The notes under the pieces: generated by a model | What the model saw: only the letters and a program-made list of their open reading frames with translations | Told to the model about the DNA's origin: nothing | Database searches by the model: none | Translations under genes and position numbers: made by a program | Source: Candidatus Eiseniibacteriota bacterium | GTDB lineage: Bacteria > Eisenbacteria > RBG-16-71-46 | Direction of reading: 5' to 3' | Assembly: GCA_041483195.1 (NCBI GenBank) | Contig: JBGPFC010000044.1 | Location: 1-28,528, forward strand | DNA: 28,528 nt | In this document: positions 16,274 through 25,433 of the stretch, piece by piece | How positions within the stretch are numbered: position 1 is the stretch's first letter | Layout of the letters: every line of letters begins with the position of its first letter

Positions 16274-16788
16274 GCATTGGGTGGCGGCGCGGCCGCTCGC
16301 CCGCCTCATGCCTCGGCTGAAATATCTGCGCGGGCCTGGTCGCCCTCGGCGCGGCGTTCCTGACTGACGGATCGTGCAGTTCTGTCAGCCCGGGGCACGG
16401 ATCGGTTTCGCAGGCGTCCGGTCTCTGTCACGCCGCGCGCGCGCGCCCGGGGCACCCGTCCCGCTCATCCCGCAGACTGGACGCACGTTCCCGCGCGCGG
16501 CGCATTTCGGGACACCCTCGCGCGCGTCCCGGCACGGTCGATGCCCTGTGTCATGCCGGCAGTCGCACCTGATGTCACGGCGGAGATCCGTTCCCCGGCG
16601 GGTTGGCTTCGGGGCACACCGATCATGAGTCGCAGGATCTTCGCCGATTGTACCGGGCTCGCGGAGTTTCGCCCCGGAGGTTGGTCTTCTTCCGCCGTGG
16701 CGCAACCCGGCGCCACGCGCCGCGGGCCCGGCTTGGCATTCCGGTCGCGCCCCGCCCCGGGGCTCGCGGCAATCCGACCGGACGCCCC

Positions 16789-19467
16789 TCACCGCGCCGA
16801 GAGCCTGCCTAGCCAGTCGAGCACGACGGTGGTGGCGCCCAGCTTCGCCTCGCCCTCGGGCGTGACCATCAGGAATCGCTGGCCGTCGCGGGTCACGACG
16901 TAGCGATTGCGCGTGTTCGCGTCGACGACTACGGGCGCGTCGAACAGTCTTTCGGGCAGCGAGAAATGCGGGGGCGTCCCGGGCGTGACGGGCACCGAGA
17001 ACATCTTGCGATCGAGCCCGAGGTAGAACAGCTCGTGCCCGTCTCCGCGCCAGCGCGGCTCGGTCCCGCCATGGGTCGAGATCCGCCACTTGCCGCCCGG
17101 GCCCGGGAACGCCTGCACGTAGATCTCGGCGTCCCCGGACTCACGCGACACGTAGGCCATCCACTTTCCGTCGGCCGAGAGCTGCGGGTCGTATTCGGCG
17201 AACGGCGTGGCCACGATCGGCCGGGCCCGCACCGAGTCTCCGAGGATCAGCCCGTAGATGTCCCAGCGGCGGTTCGTCAGCCCGGATCGCATGATGTACG
17301 TGATGACCTTCCCATCGGGGGACCACATCTCCGCGAACTTCTGCTCGTTCGACGCGAGCAGCAAGGAGTCCGCCCCCGAGCCGCCGAGCGACTTCACGTA
17401 CAGATCGTTTCCCGTGCCGCGCGCCATGCTGTACGCGATTCGCGAGCCGTCCGGCGACCACATGGCGTCGTCCACGTCGCCCTGCGCGAATGTGAAGCGC
17501 GATCCCAGATCGCGCGAGAGATCCCACACCCAGATGTTTCCGTTGGCGCTCGTGGCCTCGGTCACCTTGACGGCGAGCTGGGTCTCGTCCGGCGACAGCG
17601 CGGGGTCGTCGTACCCATTGGGACCACCCACCGTACCGGTCCGCTCGCCGCGACGATTCACCCACGCGAGGCGCTCGGCCGCGCCGCTTCCGCCCGAGCG
17701 ATAGACGAGCGTGCCCTCTCCCGACGCCGAGAATCGCGCGCTCCCGACCGCGTCGAACTCGACGTTCTCCGCGACCGGGACCGGATCGCCGGTGGTCTTG
17801 AGCGAGCCGGGATCGAACGGCTGCGCGAGCAGCGTGCCTTGCCGCACGAACAGCAGATGCCGGGAGACGTACTCGGTGCGCGATCCGGCGGGCCCCAGCG
17901 ACTTGGTCTCCATCGAGCCGAGGCGTCCCACCTTGAGCGTGCGTTCGTCGCCGGTCGCGCCGTACGCGATGAAGAGAAAGTGCTGGCCGTCCGGCAGGAA
18001 CTGCGGCCAGGCCGTGAACACCTCCTGCTTGGAGCGATCCACGGTGGTCGCGCCGACCGGCACTCCCCCGAGCGCCGAGACCCGTTGCACGGTGTCCACG
18101 ACCGAGGAACCGTCGAACAGGATCACGTCGCCGACGCCCCAGCTGCCGTCGGCGCCGCGCGGCGCGTCGCAGACGGTCTGCGGCGGACCGCCCGCGATGT
18201 CGATCTTGTGGAGCTTGCCGCCCGAGAAGAACGCGAGGAACCGGCTGTCTGGCGACCAGAAGGGACGCGTCGCGCCCTCGGTGCCCGGCATGCGCTGCGC
18301 ATCGAGCGAGCTCATCTGCCGCACCCAGATCGCGCTCGCGCCGCTCGAGTCGGTGGCGTTGAACGCGAGGCGGCGTCCATCGGGAGAGATACGAGGCAGA
18401 TCGACCAGGCTCACCTGGTGCGGCGGGGTCAGCTCGAAGATCACCGACTTGGGCCCAGGACGCGGCCGGAGCGCGAGCCCGATGAATACGACCGCCACCA
18501 GGGCGGCGGCGGCGAACAGCGTCCACGCGAGCCGTTCCCGCCCGCGCCGCCGCGCGGCGAGCGGCGCTGGCACCCCGGCCTGCGAGCCGCCCTCGGCGAT
18601 CCACTGCAGCTGGAGCTTCACGTCGTGCGCCGTCTGGATGCGCTCGTCCGCTTCCTTCGCGAGACACGCGCGCACCAGCTTCTCGAGCCCGGGCGGGCTC
18701 ATCGGCGCGAGCTGCGAGAGCGGCGCGGGCTCGGAAGACATGATCGACGAGATGAGCGACGCCTGGCTCTTGCCCTCGAACGCGCGCTTGCCGGTCGCCA
18801 TCTCGTATAGCAGGCAGCCGAACGACCACAGGTCGGTGCGCGCGTCCGCCTCTTTCCCCTCGAGCTGCTCCGGCGCCATGTACTGGAAGGTGCCGACGAT
18901 CGTGCCCTCTGCGGTGAGCGGCGCCGCGACCGTCGGCGACTGGGTGAGCGCAGCGACCGACACGCCGCTCCCGCCGCCCGTGCCCGCCATCCCGGTCGCG
19001 CGCGCGAGGCCGAAGTCCATGAGCTTGGCGCCCGACTTGGTCAGCATCACGTTCCCGGGCTTCAGGTCGCGGTGAATCACGCCAGCGCGGTGCGCGCGAT
19101 CGAGCGCGTCGGCGATCTGCATGCCGAGCCGCAGCACCTCGGGAGCGGGAAGCGCGCCCCTCGCGATCCGCGCGGCCAGCGTCTCGCCGTCGATCAGCTC
19201 CATGACCAGGTAGTCGGTCTCGCCCTCGCGCCCCACGTCGTGCAGCGTGCAGATGTGCGGGTGGTTGAGCGATGAGACGGTCTTCGCCTCACGCTCGAAG
19301 CGGGTGCGCACCTCGGGGTTCGCGCTCAGGTGCTGCGGCAGCACCTTGATCGCGACGTCGCGCCCGAGCCTTGGATCGAGCGCGCGGTACACCTCTCCCA
19401 TCCCGCCCGCGCCGAGCGGCGCGAGGATCTCGTACGGACCGAGCTTGGTGCCGGCCTGGAGGGTCAT
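16789..19467 (-). CDS. Hanks-type Ser/Thr protein kinase with TM helix and TolB-like (PD40) propeller sensor
   Basis: GAGGMGEVY, VAIK, HRDLKPGN, DFG and GTFQYMAPE. TM segment LAWTLFAAAALVAVVFIGLAL, then multiple WSPDG/SPDG repeats. Confidence 0.95.
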   Translation of the reverse strand: MTLQAGTKLGPYEILAPLGAGGMGEVYRALDPRLGRDVAIKVLPQHLSANPEVRTRFEREAKTVSSLNHPHICTLHDVGREGETDYLVMELIDGETLAARIARGALPAPEVLRLGMQIADALDRAHRAGVIHRDLKPGNVMLTKSGAKLMDFGLARATGMAGTGGGSGVSVAALTQSPTVAAPLTAEGTIVGTFQYMAPEQLEGKEADARTDLWSFGCLLYEMATGKRAFEGKSQASLISSIMSSEPAPLSQLAPMSPPGLEKLVRACLAKEADERIQTAHDVKLQLQWIAEGGSQAGVPAPLAARRRGRERLAWTLFAAAALVAVVFIGLALRPRPGPKSVIFELTPPHQVSLVDLPRISPDGRRLAFNATDSSGASAIWVRQMSSLDAQRMPGTEGATRPFWSPDSRFLAFFSGGKLHKIDIAGGPPQTVCDAPRGADGSWGVGDVILFDGSSVVDTVQRVSALGGVPVGATTVDRSKQEVFTAWPQFLPDGQHFLFIAYGATGDERTLKVGRLGSMETKSLGPAGSRTEYVSRHLLFVRQGTLLAQPFDPGSLKTTGDPVPVAENVEFDAVGSARFSASGEGTLVYRSGGSGAAERLAWVNRRGERTGTVGGPNGYDDPALSPDETQLAVKVTEATSANGNIWVWDLSRDLGSRFTFAQGDVDDAMWSPDGSRIAYSMARGTGNDLYVKSLGGSGADSLLLASNEQKFAEMWSPDGKVITYIMRSGLTNRRWDIYGLILGDSVRARPIVATPFAEYDPQLSADGKWMAYVSRESGDAEIYVQAFPGPGGKWRISTHGGTEPRWRGDGHELFYLGLDRKMFSVPVTPGTPPHFSLPERLFDAPVVVDANTRNRYVVTRDGQRFLMVTPEGEAKLGATTVVLDWLGRLSAR

Positions 19468-19475
19468 GTGCGCGG

Positions 19476-20987
19476 CTACCGGAGCGCCGCGCGCATGAAC
19501 TCGCTCACGTCGTGCTTGAGCTTCGCCAGCTCGCCGGAGTGGATGTACATCATGTGACCGGCCTCGTACTCGCGCGTTGTGATGCGGGCGCGCTCCTCGG
19601 GCTCGAGGCCCAGGTGGGCGAGCGTGTACTGGGTGGCGAAGTAGGGCGTGGCGAGATCGTAGTGGCCGGAAGCGACGAACAGCTTCATCGCGGGGTTCTT
19701 CGCGAACGCGCTGCGCAGCGAGCCGCTCACGTCGGGGAATCCCGCGCGCGCCGAGCCCCAGTCCCACGGCCCGACGCCGCCGCCCAGGATGTAGTAGGTG
19801 AGATCGCTCTTGTAGTTCAGCTCGGTGCGCACGTACTGATTGAACGCCGCGGTGTAGGGCGGACGGATCGCGGCCATGCTCGGATCGAAGTCAGGGGTCT
19901 CGCTCACGCCGCTCTCGTCGATGCCCTTGAAGCGGCTGTCGAGCCGCCCCACCGTGCGATGCTCGCTCCGCAGCAGCTCCTTGCAGAAGTGCTCGATGTC
20001 CACGCGCAGGTTCGACTGGTCGAGGTAGGTCTTCGAGAGCCCGGTCAGGCGCGTGAGTCGCTCGATGGCGTCCGTGCGATCGACCGCGCTCAGCCGGTCG
20101 CCGCGCGCGAGCACGCGCGGGTATCCGTCCGCCGCCCACTTCTCGGACTCGCCGAGCGCCACCCCCAGGTCCTGGCTCTGCAGGTCGGGCGGCAGCTTCT
20201 TGTGATACCAGGCGGTCGCGGTGTAGGTCGGCAGGTAGAGCGAGTAGGGCAGCTCGTTGCCGCGCGTGAAGTCGGCGGTCTCGAAGTTGAGGATCGACGA
20301 CACCAGCAGGATGCCGTTGAACGCGATGCCCGAGCGTTCGACCAGGTAGCCCGACAGCCCCGCCGCGCGCGTGGTGCCGTAGCTCTCGCCGACCAGGAAC
20401 AGCGGAGAGGCCCAGCGCTCGTTGCGCGTGAGCCAGAGCCGGATGAACTCGCCAACCGACTCGACGTCGCCGTTCACGCTCCAGAATTTCTTCCCGAGCT
20501 CCGGCTTGATCGCGCGGCTGTATCCGGTGCCGACCGGATCGATGAACACCAGGTCGGTCTGATCGAGCCAGGTGTACGGATTGTCCACGAGCTGGTAGGG
20601 CGGCGATGGCATGCCGCCCTCGTCGCGCATCTTCACGCGCTGGGGGCCGAGCGCGCCCAGGTGGAGCCACACCGAGGCAGAGCCCGGGCCGCCGTTGAAC
20701 GAGAACGTGAGCGGCCTCGTCTGCGGCCCGCCGCTGCGATCGGCGATGTACGCCATGTAGAAGATGTAGGCCTCGGTCTCGCCGGTGTCGTTCCGGATCG
20801 GGAGCTTGCCCGCCGTGACCGTGTAGCGGAGCGGCTTGCCGTCGATCATGATCTGGTGGTGCGTGACGACCGGCGTGGTGTCGGCGGACGCCGCGACCGG
20901 CTCCTTCTTCTCGGTGGGCTTGTCGGCCGGCTTGTCTGCGGCGGCCGGGGCGGCGAGCAGGGCGGCGGTGAGCAGGGACAGGATCAC
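19476..20987 (-). CDS. Secreted S10-family serine carboxypeptidase
   Basis: FNGGPGSAS, FIDPVGTGYS, GESYG (Ser), GHYDLATP (Asp), AGHMMY (His) and a signal peptide. Confidence 0.93.
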   Translation of the reverse strand: MILSLLTAALLAAPAAADKPADKPTEKKEPVAASADTTPVVTHHQIMIDGKPLRYTVTAGKLPIRNDTGETEAYIFYMAYIADRSGGPQTRPLTFSFNGGPGSASVWLHLGALGPQRVKMRDEGGMPSPPYQLVDNPYTWLDQTDLVFIDPVGTGYSRAIKPELGKKFWSVNGDVESVGEFIRLWLTRNERWASPLFLVGESYGTTRAAGLSGYLVERSGIAFNGILLVSSILNFETADFTRGNELPYSLYLPTYTATAWYHKKLPPDLQSQDLGVALGESEKWAADGYPRVLARGDRLSAVDRTDAIERLTRLTGLSKTYLDQSNLRVDIEHFCKELLRSEHRTVGRLDSRFKGIDESGVSETPDFDPSMAAIRPPYTAAFNQYVRTELNYKSDLTYYILGGGVGPWDWGSARAGFPDVSGSLRSAFAKNPAMKLFVASGHYDLATPYFATQYTLAHLGLEPEERARITTREYEAGHMMYIHSGELAKLKHDVSEFMRAALR

Positions 20988-21014
20988 GGGCAGCTGGCTC
21001 CTCTGGAAGAAGAA

Positions 21015-21105
21015 TGGCGGAGAGAGAGGGATTCGAACCCTCGAGGCGGTATTAGCGCCTACACGATTTCCAATCGTGCTCCTTCAACCGCTCGGACACC
21101 TCTCC
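21015..21105 (-). tRNA. tRNA-Ser(GGA)
   Basis: Anticodon arm CACGA-TTGGAAA-TCGTG, long variable arm, G73 and CCA. Confidence 0.97.
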
Positions 21106-21144
21106 GCACTGCGTCCGCCCGCGATCCGTCGCGGCGGGCGGCTA

Positions 21145-21173
21145 CGCTTATCACGGCCCGCGCGGCCCGGCAA
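21145..21173 (-). promoter_or_regulatory. Putative tRNA-Ser promoter TTGCCG-N17-TAAGCG with extended -10 TG
   Basis: Sigma70-like boxes 40 nt upstream of the tRNA. A divergent TACAAT lies at 21243-21248 on the plus strand. Confidence 0.4.
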
Positions 21174-21328
21174 CCCCTCGCGCGGCGCGCGAGCGCGGCG
21201 CGCCGCGCCCGCGCCCGGCGCGACGCGCGGCGTCCGATCGCGTACAATGGTCCGCGTCCGTTTCGCCCGCCCGTCGCCGCTCCCCGCGATCGTGGGCGCC
21301 CACACCGCACTCACCTCAGGATGGTTCG

Positions 21329-22615
21329 ATGCCCGTGATCCACGAATTCGCCCCGCGCGGCCGCGCGTCACTCCCCCGCCCCGGCATGCTGCGCGTGGCA
21401 CGGCCGATCGCCGCGTGCATGGTGCTCGGCGCCGGGCTCGCGCTCGCTTCGGGCGCATCCTCCGCCGTGGCCGCGGGCAGGCAGCTCACGAGCACCGAGG
21501 TCCAGGAGTTCAACGCGGCCTCCGGCGACCCCGCTCGCGCGGAGTGGGCGATCTCGCGCATCCGCAGCTACCTCGCGACCGGGCCCGACAGCGGATACGC
21601 GCTGTTCGCGCGGCGCATGCTGATCCGCGCGCTCAACACCACGAACGCCACGGCCGATCGGATCGCGGCTTCGGCCGAGACCACCGCCGCGATGCTGCCG
21701 CACGAGCCACGCGTGACCATCTTCTTCTACGGAGAGGTCGCCGAGATCCTGCTGCGCCGCGGCGGGGCGTATCCGCGCGCGCTCGAGTACGCGCGGCGCT
21801 CGCTCGCCGACGTGCCCCAAGGGCAGCAGTACGAACCCCTGCTCGCCGCCGCGCTCGGCACGCTGGGCGAGGCGCAGTTCCGCGCCGGCCTGATCGACAG
21901 CGGGCTGGCGACGCTGCGCCGCGCGCTTCCGCAGTCGCCAGACAGCCAGGCGGTGCTGTTCCACATGGGGCAGATCCTCGAGCAGCAGAAGAAGCCCGAC
22001 CTCGCGATCGATCACTACGTGCGCTCGCTCGGCGTGTACATGGCGACCGACACTTCGGCCGCGGCGCCGCTGCGCTCGTTGTGGCGGAAGCGGCACGGAT
22101 CGCTTGCCGGGCTCGACGCGCGGGTGGCGGCTTCGCGCGCCGCCTCGCGCCGGCTGATCGCCTTCGACGCGCACCGCGACGAACGGCCCGCCCCGGGCTG
22201 GACGCTGCCCGACCTCGATGGCCGTTCCGTCCAGCTCGCCGACTTCAAGGGCAAGGTCGTGGTGATCGATTTCTGGGGATCGTGGTGCGGCCCCTGCCGG
22301 CGCGAGCTGCCGATCTTCCAGTCCATGTACGAGCGCTACAAGGACAAGGGCGTGGTGTTCATCGGCATGAACTGGGAGCGGCCGGTGGCGGGCAAGCAGC
22401 TCAAGGACGTCGCCCGCGAATTCGTCGTGCAGAACAAGTTCACCTTCCCGGTGATCCTGGATCACGACCACATCGCGACCGACGCCTACCACATCGAGGG
22501 CTTCCCCACGCTGTTCCTGATCGACAAGACCGGGACCATCCGCTACAAGAACGTGGGCGTGAGCGATGGCATCGAGACCATCTTCAAGGATCAGCTCGAG
22601 TCGCTGCTGGACTAG
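21329..22615 (+). CDS. Exported TPR-containing TlpA/ResA-like thiol-disulfide oxidoreductase
   Basis: Signal-like hydrophobic stretch, helical TPR-like repeats, then DFWGSWCGPCRRELP...GFPTLFLIDKTG. The start may be 21387. Confidence 0.88.
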   Translation: MPVIHEFAPRGRASLPRPGMLRVARPIAACMVLGAGLALASGASSAVAAGRQLTSTEVQEFNAASGDPARAEWAISRIRSYLATGPDSGYALFARRMLIRALNTTNATADRIAASAETTAAMLPHEPRVTIFFYGEVAEILLRRGGAYPRALEYARRSLADVPQGQQYEPLLAAALGTLGEAQFRAGLIDSGLATLRRALPQSPDSQAVLFHMGQILEQQKKPDLAIDHYVRSLGVYMATDTSAAAPLRSLWRKRHGSLAGLDARVAASRAASRRLIAFDAHRDERPAPGWTLPDLDGRSVQLADFKGKVVVIDFWGSWCGPCRRELPIFQSMYERYKDKGVVFIGMNWERPVAGKQLKDVAREFVVQNKFTFPVILDHDHIATDAYHIEGFPTLFLIDKTGTIRYKNVGVSDGIETIFKDQLESLLD

Positions 22616-22779
22616 GGCGCCGCTCGCGCCCCCCCGCATTTCGCGCTCCCTCGCGCGCCCGCCCCGGCCGATAACCCAGACGCTCCCTCGGGCCATGTCC
22701 CTCGGCACCACTACGGCTTAGCCGCCGGCCTGTGCCCAGCGAGGTCTTCTTCGGCGGCGCTTCGCTCGAGGAGAAGACC

Positions 22780-24828
22780 ATGCGTTCAGGTCGTTGTCCG
22801 CGCCGCGCCTGCATAGCACTCGCGTTCGCCTTCGCGATGATGGGCGCGGCGTCGTATGCCGCGGGATCGAGCCCGCCCGCCATCGCCGACAGCTCGAGTC
22901 AGCACGATCTGACCGGGGTCGCGATCGAGGACCTCATGAACATCGAGGTCACCTCGGTGTCGAAGCGAGTGCAACCGCTCTCGGAGACACCCTCGGCCGT
23001 GACGGTCATCGATCACGAGGAGATCCGGCGTTCGACCGCCACCTCGGTGCCCGAGCTGCTGCGGATGGTGCCCGGGCTCGACGTGGCCCAGATCGACGCG
23101 AACAAGTGGGCGATCAGCGCGCGCGGATTCAGCGGCCGCTACGGGAACAAGATGCTGGTGCTGATCGACGGCCGCAGCGTGTACTCGCCGTTGTTCGCTG
23201 GCGTGTACTGGGACGTGCAGGACGTGATGCTCGAGGACGTCGAGCGCATCGAGGTGATCCGGGGTCCCGGCGGCACGGTCTGGGGCGCGAACGCCGTGAA
23301 CGGCGTGATCAACATCATCACCAAGCCCGCGGAAGACACGCAGGGCGTGCTGTTCACCGGCGGTTCGGGGTCCGAGGAGCGCGGGTTCGGCGTCGCCCGC
23401 ATCGGGGCGGGCGCGGGCACGCGCGCGCCGTTCCGCGCGTCGCTTCACTATCGCAAGGTCGATCCCTCGATCGAGCTCGGCCCGTTGCTGGCGTTCGACA
23501 CCTCGCACCTGCTGCACGGCGGCCTGCGCACCGACTGGACGATCTCGGGTCGATCCTCCCTCACGTTGCAGGGCGACCTCTACGGCGGCAACGAGAACAC
23601 GACCTCCACCATCGCGATGCTCAGCCCTCCGTTCATGGCAGATCGCCAGTACGGCACCGACCTCGGGGGCGGTAACGCGCTCGCGCGCTGGAGCCACACG
23701 TTCTCCGATCGATCGGACGTCAAGCTCCAGATCTACTACGACCAGGCCGGACGCGACGCGTTCCTCTACCGCGAGCGGGTGCAGACGGCCGACCAGGACT
23801 TCCAGCATCACGTCTTGTTGGGCAGCCGGCAGAACGTCGTGTGGGGATTCGGGCACCGGTACATCCGGCTCGATCTGGGAGGCTCGCCCACCATCTCGTT
23901 CGCATCGCCGCGCCAGACCGTCCACCTCCTCGAATGCTTCGTGCAGGACGAGATCGAGGTGGTCGCGAACCGCCTCCGGGTCACGCTCGGCTCGAAGGGC
24001 GAGAACCACAGCGAGTTCGGGTTCGAGCTCTCGCCGACCGCGCGAATCGCCTGGACGCCCGACGCACACCAGACCCTGTGGGCGGCGGTCTCACGCGCGG
24101 TGCGAACCCCCGCACGGATCGAGAGCGATCTGCGCGCCGACTACGCGGCGTTCCCCGGCGGCGGCGGTCCCCCGAACGAGGTCGCGCTGTTCGGCAACAA
24201 GGACCAGCGCGCCGAGGTGGTGATCGCGAAGGAAGCCGGCTACCGCGTCGAACCGCGGCCTCATCTCGCGCTGGATGGGGCGCTCTTCTACAACAATTAC
24301 GACGACCTGCGCACCTACGAGCCCGAGACGCCATACCTCGAGATGACTCCGGCGCCGCCCCACGTCGTGGTCCCGCTCCGATGGGGCAATCTGATGAAGG
24401 GCCGCACCTATGGCGCCGAAGGCAGCGTGGCCTGGATGGCCACCTCCAACTGGAGACTCACCGCGCAGGCCACGGTGTTCCGGATGGATCTCATGGCCAA
24501 ACCGGCGAGCGTGGACACGGCGTCCTCGGTCAACGAGAACAACGATCCCGAGAGCAAGCTTTCGCTCTCGTCCAATCTGATCCCGGTTCGGAATCTGGAG
24601 TGCGACGCCACGATTCAGTACGTGGGCGGCCTGACGACGCAGAAGGTGCCGGCGTACACACGGATCGACCTCCGCGTCGGCTGGCATCTGATTCCCGGCC
24701 TGGAGCTGAGCGTCGCGGGGCTGAACCTGCTCGACGACCGCCATCCGGAATGGTCAACGGCCACCGAGCTGGCGATTCCGAGCGAGGTCGAGCGCAGCGG
24801 CTACGGAAAACTGACGTGGCGCTTCTAG
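22780..24828 (+). CDS. TonB-dependent outer-membrane receptor
   Basis: Plug motifs EVTSVSK, LRMVPGL, LVLIDGR and [11 protein letters not shown]...[15 protein letters not shown]-terminal NLLD...LTWRF. GAGGAG RBS. Confidence 0.95.
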   Translation: MRSGRCPRRACIALAFAFAMMGAASYAAGSSPPAIADSSSQHDLTGVAIEDLMNIEVTSVSKRVQPLSETPSAVTVIDHEEIRRSTATSVPELLRMVPGLDVAQIDANKWAISARGFSGRYGNKMLVLIDGRSVYSPLFAGVYWDVQDVMLEDVERIEVIRGPGGTVWGANAVNGVINIITKPAEDTQGVLFTGGSGSEERGFGVARIGAGAGTRAPFRASLHYRKVDPSIELGPLLAFDTSHLLHGGLRTDWTISGRSSLTLQGDLYGGNENTTSTIAMLSPPFMADRQYGTDLGGGNALARWSHTFSDRSDVKLQIYYDQAGRDAFLYRERVQTADQDFQHHVLLGSRQNVVWGFGHRYIRLDLGGSPTISFASPRQTVHLLECFVQDEIEVVANRLRVTLGSKGENHSEFGFELSPTARIAWTPDAHQTLWAAVSRAVRTPARIESDLRADYAAFPGGGGPPNEVALFGNKDQRAEVVIAKEAGYRVEPRPHLALDGALFYNNYDDLRTYEPETPYLEMTPAPPHVVVPLRWGNLMKGRTYGAEGSVAWMATSNWRLTAQATVFRMDLMAKPASVDTASSVNENNDPESKLSLSSNLIPVRNLECDATIQYVGGLTTQKVPAYTRIDLRVGWHLIPGLELSVAGLNLLDDRHPEWSTATELAIPSEVERSGYGKLTWRF

Positions 24829-25433
24829 CATTTCCGGCGAGAGTCGATGCGGTCGCAAGGCATCGGCTGATCGCCTTCGCCCGGCGCGTCGCGTCGGCGC
24901 TGATGCTCTGCGCCGCCGCGCTCGGCACTGTCGTGACGCCGGGCGCTTGCGCGGTCGCGTCCGCTCCCACCGAGTACGAGGTGAAGGCGGCGTTGCTCTA
25001 CAACTTCGCCAAGTTCGTCTCGTGGCCCGATTCCGCCTTCGAGGACGCCCGCGCACCGTTCATCATCGGAGTCCTGGGCGACGATCCGTTCGGCGACATC
25101 CTGGAACGGACGGTGAACGACCGGCGGGTCGGCGAGCGGCCGTTCGTGATCAGGCGATGGACCAGGGTCGAGGACGCGCGGCCCTGCCACATCCTGTTCG
25201 TGAGCGCGTCCGAGCAGAAGCGCGTGCCGCGCCTCATCCAGGGCATCGCGGGCGCGAACATTTTCACGGTCGGCGACGTCGAGGGCTTCGCGGAACGAGG
25301 CGGCATCGCCGACTTCGAGATGGACGGCAAGCGCGTGCGGATCGAGATCAATCCGAAGAGCGCCGATCGCGCGAAGCTGCATATCAGCTCCAAGCTGCTC
25401 GCGCTCGCGCGCATCGTGAAGGACGCGCACTGA
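24816..25433 (+). CDS. YfiR-family (DUF4154) periplasmic regulator
   Basis: [35 protein letters not shown] and [11 protein letters not shown]. Probable GTG start overlapping the receptor stop; the start is uncertain. Confidence 0.9.
   Translation: MALLAFPARVDAVARHRLIAFARRVASALMLCAAALGTVVTPGACAVASAPTEYEVKAALLYNFAKFVSWPDSAFEDARAPFIIGVLGDDPFGDILERTVNDRRVGERPFVIRRWTRVEDARPCHILFVSASEQKRVPRLIQGIAGANIFTVGDVEGFAERGGIADFEMDGKRVRIEINPKSADRAKLHISSKLLALARIVKDAH

Noticed and set aside
13895..16309. 804-aa ORF ending in YbaB
   Set aside because: Alternative-frame read-through across dnaX, ffs and the tRNA. Only 13895-14200 is the gene.
16280..16788. Replication origin near dnaX
   Set aside because: No DnaA boxes or AT-rich unwinding element.
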